64,000 nucleotides of DNA from the human T2T-CHM13v2.0 reference genome, Homo sapiens. Under the pieces are notes generated by a model. It was not told the origin of the DNA, searched no databases, and saw only the letters and a program-made list of their open reading frames with translations. A program made the translations under genes and the position numbers. Location of the stretch: NCBI RefSeq assembly GCF_009914755.1, contig NC_060936.1; one strand, written 5' to 3'. Shown in pieces: positions 56,907 to 64,000 of this stretch (its first letter is position 1; each line of letters begins with the position of its first letter).

Positions 56907-57222
56907 TTTTTTTTTTTTTTTTTTTTTTTTTGTTAATGAGACAGGGTCTTGCTCTGTCACCCAAGTTGGAGTACATTAGGGTGTGATCTCAGCTCACTGC
57001 AACCTCCGCCTCCTGGGCTCAAGGGATTCTCCCGCCTCAGACTCCCAAGTAGCTGGGACTACAGGTGTGCGCCTCCGAGCCCAGCTAATTTTTTGTATTT
57101 TTGTAGCAACAGGGTTTTGCCATGTTATCCAGGCTGGTCTCGAACTTTCGGGCTTAAGCGATTCACCTGCCTTGGCCTCCCAAAGTGTTGGGATTACAGG
57201 CGTGAGCCACTGGGCCCAGCCC
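56907..57222 (-). mobile_element. Alu (AluJ-like) with T25 tail
   Basis: TSD tgaagatttt on both sides. Confidence 0.93.
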
Positions 57223-57636
57223 AATGAAGATTTTAAATAGTTATTGAGATAAATGAGAGAATAACCACATGTGTGATATGCAGAATTATTTCTGAGTACT
57301 GTCAAAGGATCAATTGATATTGGGCACTGTGGATTTGTAGCACACCAGCCTCTAAAATTGGGAAATTCTCTTCAGCACATGTGAACAGCTCTGAGAAAGT
57401 TTAGCAAGAGTGGAATGAATAGAATTGAGTAACAAAGACATTAAAGGTTCGTGATAAAGCATGTAGGGCCTGGATAGAAGGGCTAGAAGACAGTAGGGAG
57501 CTGGTAAACTGGGAGAAAACAAGAGTTAAAAGGAATAGAAATCTCTGTGCAAGACAAGAAGAGATAAGAATGAATTTCCAGGAGAAGCAAGAAGTAGTGG
57601 TTAGACAGTAACCCGAGTTTAAGATACTAAAAGTGG

Positions 57637-57932
<296 letters not shown>

Positions 57933-58215
57933 GATAGCAAAAGTGGGAGCAGTTTCAAGTAATGACAGGATCTAATAAGTTGACTGAGGTTGAATTAATG
58001 CAAGTGTCTTTGAATTGAGGAGCCAAGGAATGATAAAACTAGGACAAATTATCCACGTGGGCATTGTCACACAGGACCCAGGATAGTGGCAAGATTGGAG
58101 ACAAACACTAATCCAAATGCCAAATGAATGTGAGATAGCAACCATGAGGTCACTCTCATTTACTGAATTTTTTTTCCAAAATAATAAATTCATTACAATT
58201 TTTTTTGTTTTTTAG

Positions 58216-58299
58216 TACAAAGTGGTTGTCCCCAAAATTGGAAACATATTAGATCTTTGTACAGCATTGTCTGCTTTGTCAGGAATACCTGCAGATAAG
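58216..58299 (+). CDS. USP15: USP15 exon 12 (YKVVVPKIGNILDLCTALSALSGIPADK)
   Basis: tttttag|tac ... aag|gtaaga; 84 nt. Confidence 0.95.
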
Positions 58300-58389
58300 G
58301 TAAGATGTTTCTGGGGTTGAAGTATATAAGTTGGTATTTAGTTTCTCAGTGCTGTAAAACCAGCTTAATAGAAATTCGTTTCCTTTTAG

Positions 58390-58484
58390 ATGATAGTTAC
58401 TGATATATACAATCATAGATTTCACAGAATATTCGCTATGGATGAAAACCTTAGTAGTATTATGGAACGGGATGATATTTATGT
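58390..58484 (+). CDS. USP15: USP15 exon 13 ([15 protein letters not shown]...DDIYV)
   Basis: cttttag|atg ... tatgt|gtaagt; 95 nt. Confidence 0.95.
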
Positions 58485-58581
58485 GTAAGTATAAAACTCA
58501 TTGTGCAAAATATTACTTGAAAAAAAATTAATAGAAGTAACATAAAATTTTGAGAGTTTATGGTCAGTTTTGTCCTTGTAG

Positions 58582-58773
58582 GTTTGAAATTAACATCAAT
58601 AGGACAGAAGATACAGAGCACGTGATTATTCCTGTTTGCCTAAGAGAAAAATTCAGACACTCGAGTTATACCCACCATACTGGTTCTTCACTTTTTGGTC
58701 AGCCCTTTCTTATGGCTGTACCACGAAACAATACTGAAGACAAACTTTATAATCTCCTGCTCTTGAGAATGTG
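58582..58773 (+). CDS. USP15: USP15 exon 14 (FEININR...LFGQPFL...LLLRMC)
   Basis: ccttgtag|g ... atgtg|gtaagt; 192 nt. Confidence 0.96.
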
Positions 58774-59648
58774 GTAAGTGCCAGACAATTCTACATTGAC
58801 AAAATAAATATGGGAATAAAATATAAAATAGCTAATAAAAATAAACACATAAGGTACTATTGGAATATAATTATTCAAGTCTGTATTATCTCAATTTTGT
58901 TCATAGTCAGATTATAGTCCTAATCCACTTTCTTATTCATGTAAAACATATTATGGAGGTAATTTCAAACCCAGGAAGCACGAAGTCTGTAGCAGTTTTA
59001 AACCAAAAGTTTACAGTTAGAAGGACATAGGAATTTATGTTATAATAATTATGTGTTACATGTTCATTCTGTGAAATCATAACAAATGTCAAATGCCATA
59101 TGTTTGCACTGTGAAATAACAAATGTCAAATGCTTCATTTCTTTATATACATTACCAGTTCATGATTAATAGTATTGTAAGGCAGCCTATTTTTTGCCTT
59201 CCTGAATAAATCCCTTGATTTGAATTATGAAGTTATCAAGAATGTCATTTGATCCCTTTTATCCTTGAAAGCTGGTATATTTAGTATTCTTTCTTGCATA
59301 TCTAATTATTATAGTTTCATAACCCATATATAAAGATCACATTATACAAATATAAGTGTTTTTAGCAACAATATATACCATCTAAATAGGGTAAGTTGAG
59401 AAATTATTTGCAACAAACATTTAACATTTAACCTAAAAGGTAACATATTAATTATTTTTATAAAGATGAGCAAAACAAATTACTAGTCAGTTATACTTAT
59501 GGTACTAAAAGTTTGAATTTATCTTTGAATCTACTAAGTGACCACTGTTACTGCATTAAAAAGTTTTGTTTTACTGATAGAAGGAAAACTTTTTAAAAGT
59601 TTTTATCTTTGTAGTACTGAACTTGTTTGATTTTTGATTTTACTTAAG

Positions 59649-59764
59649 CCGATATGTCAAAATATCTACTGAAACTGAAGAAACTGAAGGATCCCTACAC
59701 TGCTGTAAGGACCAAAATATTAATGGGAATGGCCCAAATGGCATACATGAAGAAGGCTCACCAA
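59649..59764 (+). CDS. USP15: USP15 exon 15 (RYVKISTE...HEEGSP)
   Basis: tacttaag|c ... ccaa|gtaaga; 116 nt. Confidence 0.94.
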
Positions 59765-59941
59765 GTAAGACTTTTCTGTTAAATTGTACAAATGTTTCAC
59801 TTAGATAATTGCCTCAGAGAAAAAGTTAAGAAAATGGGAATTAAAGAACTAAAAAATACCTGGAAACCTAGGATTAATAATATTAATAATTTAAAAATAT
59901 AGCATTGGGTTTATTTAAAGCTCTCTAATATCTAAAATTAG

Positions 59942-60214
59942 GTGAAATGGAAACAGATGAGCCAGATGATGAATCCAGCCAGGATCAAGAACTTCCCTCA
60001 GAGAATGAAAACAGTCAGTCTGAAGATTCAGTTGGAGGAGATAATGATTCTGAAAATGGATTATGTACTGAGGATACTTGCAAAGGTCAACTCACGGGAC
60101 ACAAAAAACGATTGTTTACATTCCAGTTCAACAACTTAGGCAATACTGATATCAACTACATCAAAGATGATACCAGGCATATAAGATTTGATGATAGGCA
60201 GCTTAGGCTAGATG
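59942..60214 (+). CDS. USP15: USP15 exon 16, acidic insert (EMETDEPDDESSQDQELPSENENSQ...LRLD)
   Basis: aaattag|gt ... gatg|gtaagt; 273 nt; two SQ motifs, the second numbering to S678. Confidence 0.95.
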
Positions 60215-60600
60215 GTAAGTATTTGTGAAAAATGGCTTGAACATTAAACAAGCCGAGCATGTTATTTTTTTTTTAGGTGAAAACCATGAAATTCAGCTCT
60301 GTCAAGAAATATACCATTTACTTTTCTATCTCAAATTTTACATGAAAGGACTTAATATCTAAGTAGACTAAAATGTGTGTTTGTGTTTCATAAATGGAGA
60401 TTGAACTCATGCTTCAGTTTTCTATCTTTTTTTAAACTCTTAAATTATTTCAATGGCTTGGAAACTGCTGTTTGCCCTAATCACCAGTACAAGTAGAAAA
60501 GATTGCTGTTTGTTTATTCTGGTGTATATCCTAACATTAAAGTATACTTTAATACTAAGACATATTAAATTTTAAAGAAAAAATATGTTTTCCACCTTAG

Positions 60601-60671
60601 AAAGATCTTTTCTTGCTTTGGATTGGGATCCTGATTTGAAAAAAAGATATTTTGATGAAAATGCTGCTGAG
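60601..60671 (+). CDS. USP15: USP15 exon 17 (ERSFLALDWDPDLKKRYFDENAAE)
   Basis: caccttag|aa ... gag|gtaagt; 71 nt. Confidence 0.96.
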
Positions 60672-61056
60672 GTAAGTCATCACTCACTCACTTATTTACC
60701 TTTCCTTGATTTACTTTATGTGATTACCAGAGATAATCATACTGTTGTGTTACACTCTTTGCTTCCACCAAATATGTTTATTTTGCCAGTAAAAAATTGG
60801 TCATGAACTAGAAAAAAAAGTCTTTGCAAAAATACCTTTTTTTTTTAAAGGTTCAGAGTTCATTTTGAACGTGTTTTGGTCATCCATATAGAAGTGTACA
60901 GGAATTATTTAGAAGTATATAAATCTCAACTGAAATAAGCTTTATGATTCTTTTGAGAAAGTTTAGGAGTTTTCATTATTATTCATAGTAAGATGGTATC
61001 ACTAAAATGAGTTTTGTTTCATTTGTTCTCTTAACTCAAGAAATACTTCTCTTTAG

Positions 61057-61173
<117 letters not shown>

Positions 61174-61817
61174 TAAGAGACAAAATTAAATAATTGTTTT
61201 TGTTTTCTTTAAGGATTTATTCTGAGATATGTGCCACATCAAGTTGAAAAAGTAATTACTAAATTCTCTTTGATGTTTTAAATAGTAAAGGATTCTTTAT
61301 ATAAGTTGTAGCCTATTAAGAGGGATGGGAATGTCTTAAAAAATACGATTACAGTGTTGCCTTAATTTTATTACTGTGTTTTTCATAATAGCCATTATAC
61401 TATTAATTCATTTTAGTTACCTTTTTTCCAAGAAATTTTAGCTATGTAATCATTTTGAGAGAAGCTTTTTAGGAAAAATGTAGTGATATATTTTGTGGTG
61501 TTATTCCATTAGAGCCCAGATTTGAGATTTTCTAATACCTGTCTTCCAGCACAGATTTGTGACCTATGTCTTTTTTGCATACTAAAAGAGAAATAATCTA
61601 GCCCTCATTATGTCTTTAAGTATTTATTTGTATATTAATTTGTAATGGTTTAACCTATTTGGAAAATGTCTTGAAAATAAAAATAATAAGAGTTGCTTTC
61701 AACCTGGTACATATTAGGCATACTATAATTGCCCACTGAATAAATGTAGAACTTTCCAAACATTTTTGTTTATTATTTTCATTAATGGGGGTTGTTTGTA
61801 CCTCTATCAAGTGTTAA

Positions 61818-61988
<171 letters not shown>

Positions 61989-62258
61989 TAAGCTTTAATT
62001 GTACTTTATAAGCATTGGGCAACTCTTCTTTCAAACTTATTTGATGCTTTTTGTTATTATCCTTTAGTAAACATCAGGTGCCATTGGACCCAATTTCAGC
62101 TTTCAAGTTTGTTTTTGAGTAGTTCTAACAGTTTATAAGGATCAGTGTTTCAAAATTTTTATTTTTTCTTAGAGATTTTCCAAAGATCAAAGAGAAAATA
62201 TACTTTAAAAAAATAAAAACAATAAAAATCCTTCTGTGTTATATTACCTATGGGTTAA

Positions 62259-62667
<409 letters not shown>

Positions 62668-62814
62668 TAAATATGCTGTTTTCAAAAAGACTAAAATAAA
62701 ACAACAATGGAATTGCTTAGAAGGATAACACAGTAGTGAAATAAATCATCCCTATTGCATTATCCTTCAGTTTTCCTATTGCCATTATATGACATCATAT
62801 TTGTAAAAAGATAT

Positions 62815-62856
62815 ATCTATGGCCATACCACCTTGAACGTACCCTGATCTTGTCTG
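62815..62856 (+). pseudogene. 5S rRNA 5' fragment (~nt 1-41), tailless retropseudogene
   Basis: atctatggccataccaccttgaacgtaccctgatcttgtctg versus 5S gtctacggccataccaccctgaacgcgcccgatctcgtctg; perfect 12-bp TSD tgtaaaaagata. Confidence 0.9.
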
Positions 62857-63352
62857 TAAAAAGATACAAAGAAGTCTGTATACATCTTCACACTTTATCT
62901 CTCTTTTTTTCTTCCCCTGCTTTTAACAGTTGAGAATTCAGAATGACAAAAAGGGAACATTGTATTCCCCGTCACTTAGTTATTCAGCAGAAGGACTTCA
63001 TCACACAATATTTTGTACAAGTACTTGGTACTATCCCATTTTGCAAAAAGAACTTTCAGCGGTATTATTTCATATCCTGTGATATTTGTACACCAAAATG
63101 TATTTGATACAGTTAGTAAGTAGACAATTGCTAAAGGCAGGTGTATCTATAAAGGTAACTAGAAGGAAATAGATTACATAAAACAAAATATTCACTGGAT
63201 TACTCATTCTAATTGGTGGCTATAAATTTAAAATTTAAAATTATTTGTAATTATTGAGTGAAAAAAAGATCATTTTCTCTTTAACAAAATAGTGAGCCAT
63301 AAGTTTTCAAGAATATAGCATTTGGCAATGTAAGTATAAGAAAAAGAATCAG

Positions 63353-63654
<302 letters not shown>

Positions 63655-64000
63655 TCAGAAGTAATGACAAACTAGAATCTATCAGAGATGTATTTAAAAT
63701 TTAGAATCATTATTGCTTTTTAATGATGCAAATACAAGAAGAACAACCAGAAATAATAATAAGCTATTTACAAGAAGTCGTTTTCCAGGTTCTTGAATGA
63801 TAGATTTTGATTAGTTAGTTACATTCAAAGGATGTTGCCCATTTCGGGTATATAGGTCATCAAAGACAGCAAATGTAGAATAAAAATTAAGGTTTGATAT
63901 ATTAATATTTTTTAAAACTTCTAAGGAAGTTTTCACTATTCCTGTATTTTTCTTCATATAAATCACTTCCTCTTTTTTAATCTCTGACCCTGCCCATAAA

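Larger units (their letters stand above)
55130..57630 (-). mobile_element. Long degenerate L2 carrying MER81 and Alu insertions
   Basis: Purine-rich L2 antisense text; boundaries approximate. Confidence 0.55.

Noticed and set aside
59942-60139. Alternative-frame ORF over exon 16 (dual coding)
   Set aside because: 65 codons starting at a GTG on the exon boundary; expected by chance in acidic coding sequence, and no splice path leads into that frame

Overview
Primate (human-like) genomic DNA lying wholly inside the USP15 deubiquitinase gene (+ strand). I can splice 13 consecutive GT-AG coding exons in phase (18014-61987; exons 7-19 by my recollection of the 981-aa isoform numbering, about K228 to residue 857). 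They encode the alternatively spliced 29-aa linker exon, the Cys box (GNTCFMNS), the QQQDCQE box, both halves of the split zinc finger (CPEC/CPNC) and the UBL2/acidic insert. The DUSP-UBL exons and the His box lie outside the window. An alternative terminal exon at 3966 (KKPLEQSC*) gives a DUSP-UBL-only isoform. The introns hold a nested stack (L2 > Charlie1 > full THE1A > full-length L1PA8-like), a second 5'-truncated L1PA7-like element, 13 Alus, MER82, MER81, a MER2/Tigger fragment, MIR and L2 fragments, and two tailless retrocopies (U6, 5S rRNA) with target-site duplications. The best unexplained signals are: (i) two L1s of apparently different subfamilies sharing many private substitutions (possible patchy gene conversion); (ii) a frame-preserving 114-nt candidate cassette exon just upstream of a (UG)n tract; (iii) a 102-bp decayed palindrome; (iv) a possible gene-breaking layout in intron 6. 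Repeat subfamily names, consensus comparisons and residue numbers are from memory, not from searches. Nothing prokaryotic or CRISPR-like is present.
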